Assembly (NCBI GenBank): GCA_002811645.1
Contig: PDIP01000051.1
Coordinates: forward strand, 10,393 to 74,392
Direction of reading: 5' to 3'
DNA length: 64,000 bases
Source: Corallochytrium limacisporum Hawaii
Taxonomy: Eukaryota > Protista > Pluriformea
Part shown: one piece after another, positions 43,990 to 56,147 of the stretch
Numbering within the stretch: position 1 is the stretch's first letter
Layout: every line of letters begins with the position of its first letter
The notes under the pieces: model-generated
Databases searched by the model: none
What the model was told of the DNA's origin: nothing
The model's input: only the letters and a program-made list of their open reading frames with translations
Made by a program: the position numbers and the translations under genes

Positions 43990-45600
43990 GTGGGGTGGGG
44001 TAATTTGAGTGGCCAGAGAAGGAGGGGGAGGGGGCGGGCAGGCTATAAATCAGTCAAATCCAAGAGCCAAGTAAAAAAGAAGAAGAAGGTTTTAAGAAAA
44101 AAATTATGAGGTATTTGAATTGAATTCAAAGAGTGTGTTACCCACTCCACCTCCCACCCCCTCCTCCTCTCCCTTTTAATTTTCATGCCAACCTTGGCTG
44201 GGCCCTGCCCCTTATTTTTTTTATTCCCTGACAAGTCCATTTCTTTTGTTTTCTATTGGGCAGTGGGTTATTTTGACTTTACCGAGCCAGTCCTTGCTTG
44301 CGCCCTCTCTCGCTCTCCCCTCCCTTACCGCTCCACACGGACAGACACCTCTCGACCGGGGGTTGGGAAGAGGGGGGGGCTCCCGCTAATCTCTCTCTCT
44401 GTGTGTTTTGTATGGCTCGTGCTGGCCATGCCCAGAGCCCAAGGTTTTCTGTTCTTTTTCTTTGAACTTTGTTATCTTTGGTCCTCATCCTGCGCAGCAG
44501 GTGTGGTGTCAGCAGATGGCCAGGACGATCGGTACTGAATGTACGGAAGATCTTCCCATTGCCATCGCGCGCTCTCTCTCTCTCTCGTTTTCCTTGCCTT
44601 TTTCTTTTGCCCGTCCGAACGCACGCCAAGAACGGGGCCTAGGGTTTTGGGTCCGTTTGCTTTTGCTTTGCTGCCCTCTCTCCACCTTCTCCCCCTCCCT
44701 CTCTCTGTCGCTCTTCTCCCCCCCCCACCCCGGGCCCACGCGAGCTGAGCCAGTTGAGTTTTTTTTAAAACATTTTTACTTTCTGGCCAATTGGCGAACG
44801 AATCAGAAATTCCCCTTATCTCCCATCTCTCCACACACACACCCCTCCCTCCCTCTTCCCCATCTCTTCATATTAAGTATGCAGCCTCTCCCCTCTCCAC
44901 AACTTCCCCTCGCACCGATTATGATTCCTGGCCCTGGTATAAATTTTTTTATCGGGCCTGGAACGAATAGGGAAATTAATCAAAACTAAGAAATAAACGA
45001 ATACTTAAGAAAAAGTACTGCGAAATGATCAACACTTCAGCCAGTTCTTCAGAATGGCGTCCTATTCCCATAATTTCCTTTTTTCTTCTTTTCTTAAGTA
45101 AAAAAGAAAACCATTTCTCCACGCTCTTCTTTTCTCTCTCTCTCTCTCTTTGCTACTGTGCGGGCCCATGAGACTCTCTCTCTCTCTCTATCTCTTTCGC
45201 TCGCCCGAGCGCTCACTCGGGGTGGAGTGTTCGGAGGTGAATGTTTCCCGAAACTGCCACCCTAAACCCCCCCCAAAACCCAAAGGCCGCACACCAGAGG
45301 CCACGTGTGTGTGTTTTCAATAAGTAAGGAAAGAAAACTACCGGGCTTTATTTTTATTGGTTTCTTTTGGGGGGGGGGGGGGCAGGAGTGCCAAGAAAAC
45401 AAAATAGAAAAAAATTCCCGTTAGCCCGTCTTTGGTTCCCCCCGACGCCATTTTTTCTTGGGCGTTGTGTGGTGCGTGCGGTGCGTGGTGTGTTGTTGTG
45501 TGACCAGGGCAATCTTCACCCGCTCTTGGCGGCGGTGGAGAAGGGGGGAGGAGGAGGGTGGTCAAGAGAGCAGTCTTAAACACTCTGCCCCCCCCCCCCC

Positions 45601-45810
45601 NNNNNNNNNNNNNNNNNNNNNNNNNNNNNNNNNNNNNNNNNNNNNNNNNNNNNNNNNNNNNNNNNNNNNNNNNNNNNNNNNNNNNNNNNNNNNNNNNNNN
45701 NNNNNNNNNNNNNNNNNNNNNNNNNNNNNNNNNNNNNNNNNNNNNNNNNNNNNNNNNNNNNNNNNNNNNNNNNNNNNNNNNNNNNNNNNNNNNNNNNNNN
45801 NNNNNNNNNN
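45601..45810. other. Assembly gap (N run)
   Basis: Run of N, preceded by a long C run. Confidence 1.
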
Positions 45811-47151
45811 CCCGCCGTCTCACTCTCTCTGGGGCTGGTACTCCCACTACCGACCGAGACAAAGTCGCGAGAGGCAGGAAGAAGGGAAAAATAAATGAAG
45901 AGGGGAGGAGGGGATGCGTCGCTGGGGAGGCCCCCGGCATGAATGAAGCGGCGCCTAGGAGCAAAATGTTCCGGAATTTCCAAAGGGAAAAAGAGCCGCC
46001 CGGGGGGGGGGGGCCGGGGCGAAGCAGGGACAAGCCGGAAGGGCCCGCAACAATTTTTTTGACCTCGGACTCTTGGGCCACCTGGACACACCGCAAAAAA
46101 AAAAGAAAGTTGAACATTCCGGCTGTATTTGCTGACCACGTAGAGTCAGTATTTCTTTATTGCATTCTCCCCCCGTTCCATCTCCCTCTCTCTCTCTCTC
46201 TCTCGCTGTGTTATGCCGCCGATGGGTGTCAAGCCATTTGGTCCACCTGAGCGTTCTCTTGTGTAGCAAATATACGTGGCAGCGGGCGCTTGCGGCACGG
46301 GCACTACTTTTGCCCTTTAGCTAATTCCTTTTTTCCCCTTTTTTCTTTCTTTCTCGCGCGGGGGTGTGTGTGTGTGTGTGTGCGGAGAGAAATCCTTGGA
46401 TGGCTTGCATGGTGCGTGTGTGTCTGTGTGCCGCCGGTGTGCAAGCAGTCCTTTGCCCCACCCCCACCCCTTTCGGGGGCCGTGCCGATTTATATAGATA
46501 ATCTACGGCCATAGTTTCTTGGTTGAAATACCAAGAAATGGAAAACTCAACCCAAAAAAAAAATACGCGGCCAGAGGGAGAAACAGGGGCAGGGAGGGCG
46601 GTGAGAGGTCAATGTTCATATCCGGAATATTTTTATATTTATGGAATTTCCATTTATATATTGGATATTTAATATACTGACATTATTAGTTTTTATTCTT
46701 GTTGCCGATTGGCTGACTTCCGGGAGCCCCCCCACAAGGCCACCCAAAAAAAAGGGGGGGGGAGAAACAAAAGGCGGAAAAAAATAAAAAGGGAAAACGA
46801 AAAGGAAAAGGGAGGAGTGGTGGGGATGCTTCCACTCTGGTGAAAAAGTGGGAAGGGGGAGAGGGGGCAAAAAGGAGCTGGACTGCTTGATCACAAACCG
46901 CATCACCCACGTCGAAACTACAGTGTGTCAAACATCTTAGATTTATTGAATTAAGAAGTGTACATCAAGTGATGATGGATGACAACGACAATGACAGTGG
47001 TCATCGTCTACGACAGGTTGCCAATGTTGAGAAATGTGAAGAAGATGGTGATGTAGCTGCGGCTGGTGGTGTTGTGGTGGTGGTGATGATGATGATAATG
47101 TCTCAAGCCCGACAATGACATGGGCAAAGTCATGATTGCTGAATGGGAGTT

Positions 47152-47274
47152 GGTTGTTTGATATCGGGCGATGCGAGCATTTCCCCTGCGATGGTGTGAT
47201 GGAGAAAGAGTTTCACACTCAGCACGCCGTCAGTGTGTCTTATTCATTGTTTAGTATGACGGGACAAAACAACC
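47152..47274 (-). promoter_or_regulatory. SECIS element (type II-like) in the TrxR 3' UTR
   Basis: Minus strand c-UGAC-GGCGUGCUGAGUGU-gAAA-...UUCUCC...GGGGAA-AUGCUCGCAUCGCC-CGAU. It shows a tandem GA/GA core (47233-47229 / 47166-47163), ~13-bp helix II, unpaired AAA and an apical mini-stem. Helix I candidate GGUUGUUU/AAACAACC. About 200 nt downstream of the in-frame UGA. Confidence 0.75.
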
Positions 47275-47320
47275 TCGGATTGTGATGGAAACTCCCATGC
47301 AATGAAGCAAGATGAGTAAT

Positions 47321-47344
47321 GATGATGATGATGATGATGATGAT
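47321..47344 (+). repeat. (GAT)8 microsatellite in the TrxR 3' region
   Basis: Read directly from the sequence; a similar GAT/GAC tract lies at ~50730-50770. Confidence 0.9.
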
Positions 47345-47423
47345 TATGTGTGGATTACCCTCCCTGGACACTGAAAAACATGATCGTTGAGATGATGATG
47401 CAGATCAGTTCGGCCCAAGGAGC

Positions 47424-49358
47424 TTAGCCTCAGCAGCCCGTGACCTCTGCGTCCTCCCCTGTGGACTTGGAGGCCTTGATCCTGAGCAGTTCCTCGGCTC
47501 CCGTTGGGTGAATGCCGACGCTATCGTTGAGGTCGCCCCATGTGAGGCCCAGGGGCGTCGACATGGCCACTGAAAAGCCCTGCAACACCTCTCCAGCGTT
47601 TGGTCCGTAGTAGTGTATGCCCACGACCTGTGCGTCGTGGTCGAGACGGGGTTGTGGTCCTCCCGTGGTGTGCTCGCCCATCCGCTCTCGCGCAGCGACG
47701 GGCACAGGACGCTTGACGATGACCTTCGCATATCCTGGCGGGAACAGACTTTGTCGCGGTGTCACACTCCACTCCAAGGGTTCAAAGTAAGCGTGGAAGA
47801 CTTCAATGTGCCGGGGAATGTCCATGAGTATGTCCTGCTCGTCCATGTCGGCTCCTTCTGCCCCCGACTGTGTCGGAAAAGGAGGTTCATTAAAAAGCGC
47901 TAGAGCCTCCTCTTCGCTCATGCCCACGCATGCATACTCCATGGGCGTGAAAACAGTGGTCGGAACAGTGCGCAGCCGGCGCTCCAACGCTGTGCCCCAG
48001 AGCGGATCAGACTGGGAGGGAGACGTGACCACAGTTGGGCCGGAGGCGATCAGAGGGTTGGAGCTCTCGGACTGCGCAAAGAGACGGTCGGCGAGGTGCT
48101 TACCCTGTTGTACGGCGACCGGAGTGAGTTCTGGGAAGCCTGTGCTTGCGCAGTCGCCGATGGCAAAGATTCCGGCAACACTCGTCTCCGCCGTGAAGGG
48201 GTGTGCGAGGACCTTGGCGCTACGGTCATCGATTTCAACCCCGAGGCTCTCGACGAGGCCTTGGACCGTATCGACCTCGGGCCTGCGTCCAGTGGCGACC
48301 ACGACCGTGTCGAAAGCATCAGCGTGCTCGTCACCACAGTCCACTCCCTTCCACCGGACGGTGAGCCCGGGTCTGCCAGCCCCGTCCTCGGTGTCCGAGG
48401 ATTCCGCGCCGATTGGAATGAACCCACGGTGGACTTTGACATCTATGGACCGCAAACCGTCGAGCACGAGCTCTGACATCTGCCGATCGAACCCACGCAG
48501 GGGGATGCTCCGGAACAGCAGATGCACAGGGAAGCCTAGGGACCGCAGAAATCCCGCCGTTTCCAGTGCCACGTACCCGGAGCCGACAACCAGTGTCTTG
48601 CCCGGGGCGCGGGGCAGAGTAAATATGTCGTCGCTCGTAATGATACGCTGCGGATCCACGGACTGCAGTGCCTCAGGTATGTACGGCCGGCCCCCCACGG
48701 CAACGACGACGTTCCGAGCGTGCAGCTGCGGTGGCAGAAGCTTTGCTTTCTTTGGATTCGCCGGAGCAAGAATCGTTTTGAAGGTCGGCGGTGATATGCT
48801 ATCTGGGCCCCCTGATTCCCTATCAATGAGTACCCCGTAGGCATTGTAATAATTTGCGGAGCGCGCTCGGAGCTGTGTGCGATGGCCAAAATTTAACGGA
48901 AGGATATGATCTTGCACGGACTGGACCAACTTTTGCCAGTCGACGCCCGATTCGATTGATAGTGCATCTTTTTCGGGCGCTTTCAGACCAAATGGCTCCT
49001 GATCATACAGAGCGGACAGCCGCAGCTCACCGGCACGATGAAACAGTTTCTTCGGTATGCACCCGACATTCACGCACGTTCCCCCGAGGCCCCAGGTCGA
49101 CCCGTGCTCGGAGGGCCGTACGGCATCCAGGACGGCGACTGAAGCACCGTGCTCTGCCGCACGCTTAGCGCAGGCCAGGCCGCCACTACCGCCACCGATA
49201 ACGAGCAGATCTAATGGATCTTTGGAATTGGAGCCCGCCGCACTTCCGGTCATGCCGCCAGCGCTGTTGTTGATCAGAGACCGTCTCTGGTGCAGTAGCA
49301 CAGTGGCCAGAATGGGTCTAGCCGGCGATCCGGGACGGTGGTACCGTGCCAGGGACAT
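47424..49358 (-). CDS. TXNRD: Large (animal-type) selenocysteine-containing thioredoxin reductase, probably mitochondrial (TXNRD2-like)
   Basis: LVIGGGSGGLACAK, WGLGGTCVNVGCIPKKL (CVNVGC redox centre), GSGYVALE, ELTPVAVQQG, VPTTVFTPMEY, GIHPT.AEE. Ends GGC TGC TGA GGC TAA = Gly-Cys-Sec-Gly-stop; the ORF track stops at the Sec UGA (47432-30). First ATG is at 49358. Confidence 0.95.
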
Positions 49359-49695
49359 GGTTGTGCCACTGATATGTGCACCTTGAGAATTTGAAACTTT
49401 CCACACAGCTTCTACATGGCTGGAGTCTGCCTACTCGTTGGGTTTCTTCTCTCGCTTCGCGAACGTCGGCTGAGTGAAGTTTCCCGATTCATTCATGCTG
49501 GTGGCAAAAGTGTCAGACCCTTTGCCACTTCGATGTGAACATGATTTGCTGATCTTGAATAGCCGGGGTCTAAGGAAATCTGCGCAGGTAATGGTAACAA
49601 AAGCCAAGTAAAAATAAAAAGCCACGGGGGAAATGGAGAGGCAGGTGCAAAACCAAGAATGCTCTCCGCACTAGCCCCGTGGCTGCGAGACTCCT

Positions 49696-49718
49696 CCCCC
49701 CCCCCCCCCGGGGGGGGG
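49696..49718. repeat. C14G9 element in the TrxR/TMEM42 divergent promoter
   Basis: Roughly midway between the two divergent ATGs (49358 and 49996). Confidence 0.8.
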
Positions 49719-49995
49719 CCGGAGGAAGGGAAGGGGGGGTTCCGACTTTCCCCTTCCCTCTTTCTCGCCCCAGAGGCGCTTGGGGGACACCCAGTGAGAC
49801 TCTCGCCCGGGGTTGGGGGGGGGGGAGAGACATAACACTGGGCGCGCTCGGACGGGCCCGGCGGTGGTGGCTATTTCCAGCTGTTCGATGCGGAGACAGC
49901 AAACGAGATATACCCAGAAGGCATTTTGCTTGATGATCCCGTAATGGAGTCCAACAACGGCCGGAAGAACACAGCTGAAAGGAGGATAAGGAAGC

Positions 49996-50583
49996 ATGGA
50001 GTCTTTGTACCCAGCCATGAATCAATCGACTTCCTGGGCAGTGCAGGCCGGTATGGCGGGTGCCATGGCCGCAGTCTTCTCGAAACTCGCGCTGAACGCC
50101 GTGGAAGGCGGACGATTAAGTCCGTGTCGAGGCTACCCCTCACACCTGAGCACGGCCGTCCTTGGCCCGGATTGGCACCGGACCCTCTGTGATCCGTCGT
50201 TTGCTACAGACTTTGCGACCGATGTGGACAGTTTTCTGGGAAGTCTGAGCTTTGGTTCGTTTATCCGCGGTCATGCTCTCCCTGACCTGGCTGTTAGGGT
50301 AGCCTGCCTGCTGTGTATGGTCTATTGTAACGCATTCATGTTCAGTCGGTTCAGCCGCGCCCTGGACCGGTCCCCATCAACGGCATCCGCGACCGCGATC
50401 GCGACATCTAGCAATTACCTCAGTGCCAGTCTCGCAGGGATCCTTCTGTTTGGCGAGGTCGTCGGATGGCGGTGGAGCGTAGGGTGTCTCCTGATCACGG
50501 GTGGAGTTATGTTGATCGCTCGGGATCAGGCCTTGGCTGAGGATGGACAAGAAAATGGTGGGAGTGACCGTAAGGATCGGTAG
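49996..50583 (+). CDS. TMEM42: TMEM42-like (DMT/EamA-type) membrane protein
   Basis: AGMAGAMAAVFSKLAL N-terminus, then CNAFMFSRFSRAL..S.S...A....TSSNYLSASLAGILLFGE....WSVGCLLITGG, matching the TMEM42 pattern. Confidence 0.75.
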   Translation: MESLYPAMNQSTSWAVQAGMAGAMAAVFSKLALNAVEGGRLSPCRGYPSHLSTAVLGPDWHRTLCDPSFATDFATDVDSFLGSLSFGSFIRGHALPDLAVRVACLLCMVYCNAFMFSRFSRALDRSPSTASATAIATSSNYLSASLAGILLFGEVVGWRWSVGCLLITGGVMLIARDQALAEDGQENGGSDRKDR

Positions 50584-50831
50584 CATTCAAGAAAATTAAA
50601 AAACGTCAGAAGTATTCATGATAGTTCCGAAACAGATTCATTAGAAAAGGTGAGCAGATTTAGGGGACAAAGTGGATAGGACCACAATCGTGTTTGTATT
50701 GGCTACTTAAGGTGACGATGAAATGCTAAGATGACGATGATGATGATGATGATGATGACGATGATGATGACGAGGAGCAGGAGCAGGAGGATGAGGTTGA
50801 TGATGATTCTACATACAAAACGCAATTAAAA

Positions 50832-51830
50832 TCAAATGGCTGGATTCAATCCAGCACCATCTGCTGCTGCTCTTGCCGATAATCCGTTTCCGGCCGTGCT
50901 GATAACCTGTTGGGACATCCTCAGGCTCTGCAGATATTTGCCCCTGGGCGTCAGCAGGGCCCGCATACTCTTGGCCTCCCGCAGCGCTTCCCGCACAGCC
51001 CTTTGCGAGAAGCCCTGCAGGACATTCTTGCCCTCCTTGAATTCGCGGACCGCAAAGTCCGATAGGTCCTTGAGCACGATCTTGCCTTCGTTCAGCTCCT
51101 CCACACAGAGCAAGCGCAGTTCCATGAGCGTGGTCTGGGTGGCCTTGGCGATGAGGATTTGCGATGTAAAGTAATGGAACAGCAGGAACCCCACAATCTG
51201 AAGACAGTGGAGGACAGCATTGTGGTTGAAAACCTCCGGGAATGGGCACTCTAGCGGGTCGTCAACGCCGCAGTAAGGCTTATAGAAGAGGAAGACCCCG
51301 GCGGCCGCCAAGTAGAAACAGAGGCCGCTCACTCCCGCAATGTTGGTGTGATGGTCGCGGCCATCATGGGACCACGTCACGAGGATGCAAAAGATCATAT
51401 ACATTGCCGCCCCAAGCCAGACCATTGCGGCCATCACGAAGGACTGAGTCACGCCCGCATAGAGGGCCACGGTGCTAAAGGTGGCGCTTATGGGGAACCG
51501 CAATGACCGGACGTACGGGTGGTCGGTCAGAGAGCTCACAATGTATGCGCCCATGGCACCAGCCAAGCCAGTGAAGGCCAGACATAGGCAGGCCAGAACG
51601 TCATGCTCCAACAGCCGCATATCGGCATAGTAGTGGTGCATGATACCGCCGCAGAAGCCTACAACCGCCAGCATTGCAAAGTACAGATGGATCGGCAGGA
51701 TCACACTCTTGCCGACCTTCTTCCAGAAGACTGTGAGCGAGTGGACAACACAGGCTAGGCAGACTACACCACCCACATAGTCTGTGACATATGTGCCGAT
51801 GCTGTCGTCTACTCCGTTGGCGTAGCCCAT
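50832..51830 (-). CDS. Seven-TM membrane protein, DUF6962-like (possibly CREST-like metal-dependent hydrolase)
   Basis: About 7 hydrophobic segments with T.VTDY in TM1, GGIMHH and FNHNAVLH (HxxxH), and a helical basic C-terminal tail. Family assignment from memory. Confidence 0.65.
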   Translation of the reverse strand: MGYANGVDDSIGTYVTDYVGGVVCLACVVHSLTVFWKKVGKSVILPIHLYFAMLAVVGFCGGIMHHYYADMRLLEHDVLACLCLAFTGLAGAMGAYIVSSLTDHPYVRSLRFPISATFSTVALYAGVTQSFVMAAMVWLGAAMYMIFCILVTWSHDGRDHHTNIAGVSGLCFYLAAAGVFLFYKPYCGVDDPLECPFPEVFNHNAVLHCLQIVGFLLFHYFTSQILIAKATQTTLMELRLLCVEELNEGKIVLKDLSDFAVREFKEGKNVLQGFSQRAVREALREAKSMRALLTPRGKYLQSLRMSQQVISTAGNGLSARAAADGAGLNPAI

Positions 51831-54800
51831 GACTATCAGTAATCTCTATGCTCCGTTGGGTTGACTCTTGGGTCTGAACTGAAACTCCTATGTGGTTTGA
51901 ACGGACCTGCGTACAGGACCCTTTCTGGCTTAGAACAGTCTCAGTTCAGGAACGCTACTGTAACACGCCTGTGCATACACACAATTTGGAAACTCACCAA
52001 TCTTATGCCTTCCCCTTTTGGTTCCCTATACACTTGTATCTCGAAGGCTCCGTGCGGCACTAACTCTTTCCGAGACTGCGCCGTCAACGAACGCGGAACT
52101 GCCTAACCTTTTCAACTGCTTCAACTATCCGTGCAGAAGCAGATTGTATTCTATATTCGTACGGACCGCTTGAGTGATCCTTGTGAGACTGCAACGAGAC
52201 AAATCGACAACAGCACATCATGGGTTGCCTGGGTCCGATCCCGAAAGTACCCAGCGACTGCAAGTGAACCGGGTGGAGTAACCAAGGCCCGTGGTAAAAA
52301 CTCACTACGTACGTCCAAACCAGGTCATGAAGCGAAGCCTACACATGAAACCAAGCACAAGGTCGGATCTCATGGCACGAAGCACAAGTGTCTCGGTAAA
52401 CGCACAGGCCCAATCCTCAGGGAAAAGACAGGTGCCAAACGAAAGCCGTACAGCCACTGGGACCAACCAGGGCCGCACAGTCAGTCACTCGCTGTTTGTG
52501 TTGCCGTAGCGGCCTTTCCGTGGGGCGGGTGTGTGTTCCGGACACGCTGCTGCATTGGTCCTCGTCGGATCCGGCCCCCCTGTCTTCTGCCTTTCTTTTC
52601 TTCCCCTTTTTTTTTTGTTCTTTTTTCATTTTTTTTTCTTGTGGCCCCATTCTTCCCTTGTGGCGGTACACGTTCTCGCTCCCCCTTCCCCCCCCTTCCC
52701 CCTTCCCCCTGCTCCCCTTCCTCTCAGACGAAATCTTTACCTGCTCAGGGAGACCCGAGGGCGGAAACTTTTTGTTGTACACTGACTATAGCAAAGGGGC
52801 TGCAGGAGATGGCAGCATTGTTCCTTGGCGCAGCGTTGAGGGCGAAGCCAGGGGAGGGAGGGGGGGAAAAGAAGGAGGACCTCTTTGTGAGAGTGTGTGT
52901 GTAGTGTGTGTGCGATCGAGGACTTGGGAGGGGACGGGAGGAGGAGTACTACTTTTCCTTGGTGGTTTCTTGTTGCCTTTCAAGAGAGTTGGATGGCGGT
53001 GACACCGCAAGTTGGCAGCATCGGTTCCCCGAGACTTGTCGTTCTCATCCAACTGCGCAATGATAGAGAGAGAGAGAGGGGTTGGTGGGTGGGTTAATGA
53101 ACGTCAAACCAGCAGAAAAGGGGGCCCCCGAGGGTAAGGGGGCTGGCTATCCACGAAATGAAGCACACACACGCACCAAAAGCCGGACCGAAATCACCGT
53201 CCTTCCCGGCTTGCGATGAGACAGTGTCTCCGCTCCCCCTCTCCCCCCTGGGCGAAACCCCAGCACTGTGCCACGCCCGCAACCCGGCAATAAGAGAATC
53301 ACAGACGACAAAGACGAAGGCGAGCGACAGAACCTTCCCAAAACCGAAGTGAGAAAGGAGAGAAAGAAAGCGAAGGATTCCCACCGACAAACATACATCC
53401 TGGATCAAAATGTTCCAGTGATTAACCACCATGTTCCGTACATTCGCTATCATGTCCTGATCCGATCGATAGCATCATTGGCAGTGAGAGGAGTTGGCCG
53501 GGCGAAGCACCAGGCTACCCTTAGATGTTTTTACCCCTTGCTCTTGTTTGTGTTTTACTTTTCTTTGTTTTTTCCCCAGCGACGCCCGGTATTGTTCTTC
53601 CCCCGCAGCAGTCACCACCGCTCCCCGGTCTTCCTTGGATATTGCCTCCTCTCTCCTCCCGGGGGTTCGGGGTGGCCGAGCCCGACACTCCGCGTTTGCT
53701 CCAAGCACAGCATCGCAAGAACGGGGTAGCGGCAACTGTCTCGGATACCATGCTGGCAAAATGGCCCATACGTTTAATATACATATTACCGTGGTACTTG
53801 CGTGCGCGCCTTCGTGCTTCTGTTGCGTATTCCCATCACAACGTCCCACCCTCCTTCGCTGCCCTTTTTCGGTGGAGGCGTGGTGGTGCAACAGACGGTG
53901 AGAACGTTGCCTATTGAATGTACTGCGAATTCGGCGCCTCGTTACCCTAGCACGAGCCAGAGGCGCTGCTTGATTTGCTTGCGGTTGGTGAGGAGGGGGG
54001 GTTCGTGGATTTGGGGTTTTGTCGTCCCCGTGGACAAAGTCCCCTCCCTCCTTCCGGTTCGGAAATCTACGATCTCCGTCTCTGCCCCGTGCGCAACCAT
54101 CAGTACTTCACTATTAGTATATAATGTATGAGACATTTGGAGCCGGGCTGTCTGTCCTTCAAGGGCTTAGGACACATCGGATCCCCTTCCGTGTGTAAAT
54201 CTCGTGCTTTCCTCGCGCTCTCTCTCTCTCTCTCTCTGTGTCGTTCAAATCTCTGTCCCCTACTCTCTCATTCTCTCTCTCGGCATCGTCACCCTCCCCT
54301 GCCTCTCGCCTCCTTCTTCCTCCTCAGAAGCGCCTCCCCTCCCTTACCCCCCAAAAGTTTCTAGGGGCTCGCGTGGCCCCTCCCCCGCGCAAGTTGCTGT
54401 GGAGGGTTGCCGGCCCGACACCCTGCTTTCTCTTGCTTCTTTTCTTCTTTCTTCCCCATAAACCACCACCTTCCCCGGGGCTTGACCTGACCCCCCTGCA
54501 CCCTTCCCCTCAACTCTCATCCTCCCTTCACAAGACGATGACTCTTCACGAAGCCTCTCCGGGTAACGACAAGAGAAAGGGGGTGTCGGGGTTCTCGGAA
54601 AGCTAGAGAAGATATTGGGCAGGTTGGTTGGTTCGGTAATATCCGTAAGTGGATCAATGTCCTTTTGCTTCTCTTTCTTTCTTCCCGTCCCCCCCACCGG
54701 GGGGGGGGGTTTTTTGCTCTTCGTTCTATTCCCGGCCCCCCCCCCGGTCTGGGGAACCAAAGGGAAGGAATGCGGTGCTTTGAATACGGTGAGATGCCCA

Positions 54801-56147
54801 TCAAAAAGGGGGTCTATTTTTGACACGGACCCATCCCGAAGAAACTAAAAGAGAACGAAAAAGAAATCGCGAAGAGCCCGGGGCAGGAAGCGGGAGGAAC
54901 GGCCGTGCTTTGCAAGCCGCATTTTGGCGGCCAATGACGACGCAATATGCCGTACAGTTTCTATAGAATCTGCGGCGGAATGCACAGCAAACAAACCTCG
55001 AAGCCACCTGCGCCGTACCCAGATTTCCAGTCTCGGTGGAACAAAGCAAGGAAGACAGAGATTTTAATAGAGCACACTTCATCGCTTTTTCGCCATGGGG
55101 ACTTTGGGTCGTGGTACGTAATTTTTCAGTGATGTCACATATTTCATAGTGAATTTGTTACCAGCGGTATTTTGTCTTACCCACTTTCTCCCTTCCAGGC
55201 CCCCCCCAGCACCGGGGGACTTTTCCTTCTCCTCCACCCCCACCCCGGCTTTTCTCACTCTCTCCTTCTAGGTCGAATTCCTAAACTATTTCGTAGCAAA
55301 AATTGGTGGTAAGCTCGCAAGGATTTCTCCTTCCAGTGAGGAGGAGAAATTTTAGTACTAGCACACACGCACACACATACCCCACCGCACCACAACTTTT
55401 GAGAGAACCACCAAAAAAAATGGCCGGAGGAAACCAATAGTGGGCCGCCCACCCACCACCACCAGCCCGGCACTCCCATTTGCCTATTCTTGGGCCACCC
55501 ACGACTGGTGTGTCCTCCCTTTTGGTTTTGATCATATTTTCTTTTGCTCTTCATTTATCACTCTTTTGCCCGGAAAACCAAAAGAGAATCTGTCTTTTTT
55601 TTTCCCGCCACTTCACATGCGTCAGCTTACGTACACATTGAATTCATGGCGCGCCCCTTGGTTCTGGTTTTGCGTCAGTGCAACGCCTCCTCCTAAAAAG
55701 GTCGGACGTTGAAAGGTTTTGGCCAGGCCGAAAAAAAAAACCCACCCCAAATATTAAAAAAAAAAGAGAAAGAGGAAAAAGAAAAAGGTCAAAGAAAAGG
55801 CCTTTTCAAGAGCGCACAACGCGAACGCAACAACCAGAGAAAATTAATATCACAAGTAGTCAAAGAGGGACAAATAAAACAAAAACAAGATAAGAGAAAA
55901 TAAGGAACCCCAAAAAATGAATATATGCGGTGGAAATGGTACCGTACATTCAAAGGAGGGGCGGGGTCCAAGGCCCAGAATCTATGACGAAGAAAATGAG
56001 CGCGCGCGTTGAGACAAGCGGGGAAGACAGGGGGGGGATTTCAAAAAACTTAAATTGGGCCGCAATTTTAAGCGGGTGGTTTTCCGCATGGGGGGGCCAA
56101 CTAGCGCCGGCCCCCCGTCTGCTCCAACCACTTCGCTCCCTCTTTTT

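Noticed and set aside
41642-46250. Long ORFs spanning N-runs and microsatellites
   Set aside because: Artefacts of gaps and low-complexity sequence.
55211-55227. Minus-strand GGAAAAGTCCCCCGG resembling RNase MRP CR-I
   Set aside because: Imperfect match and no CR-V partner found downstream.
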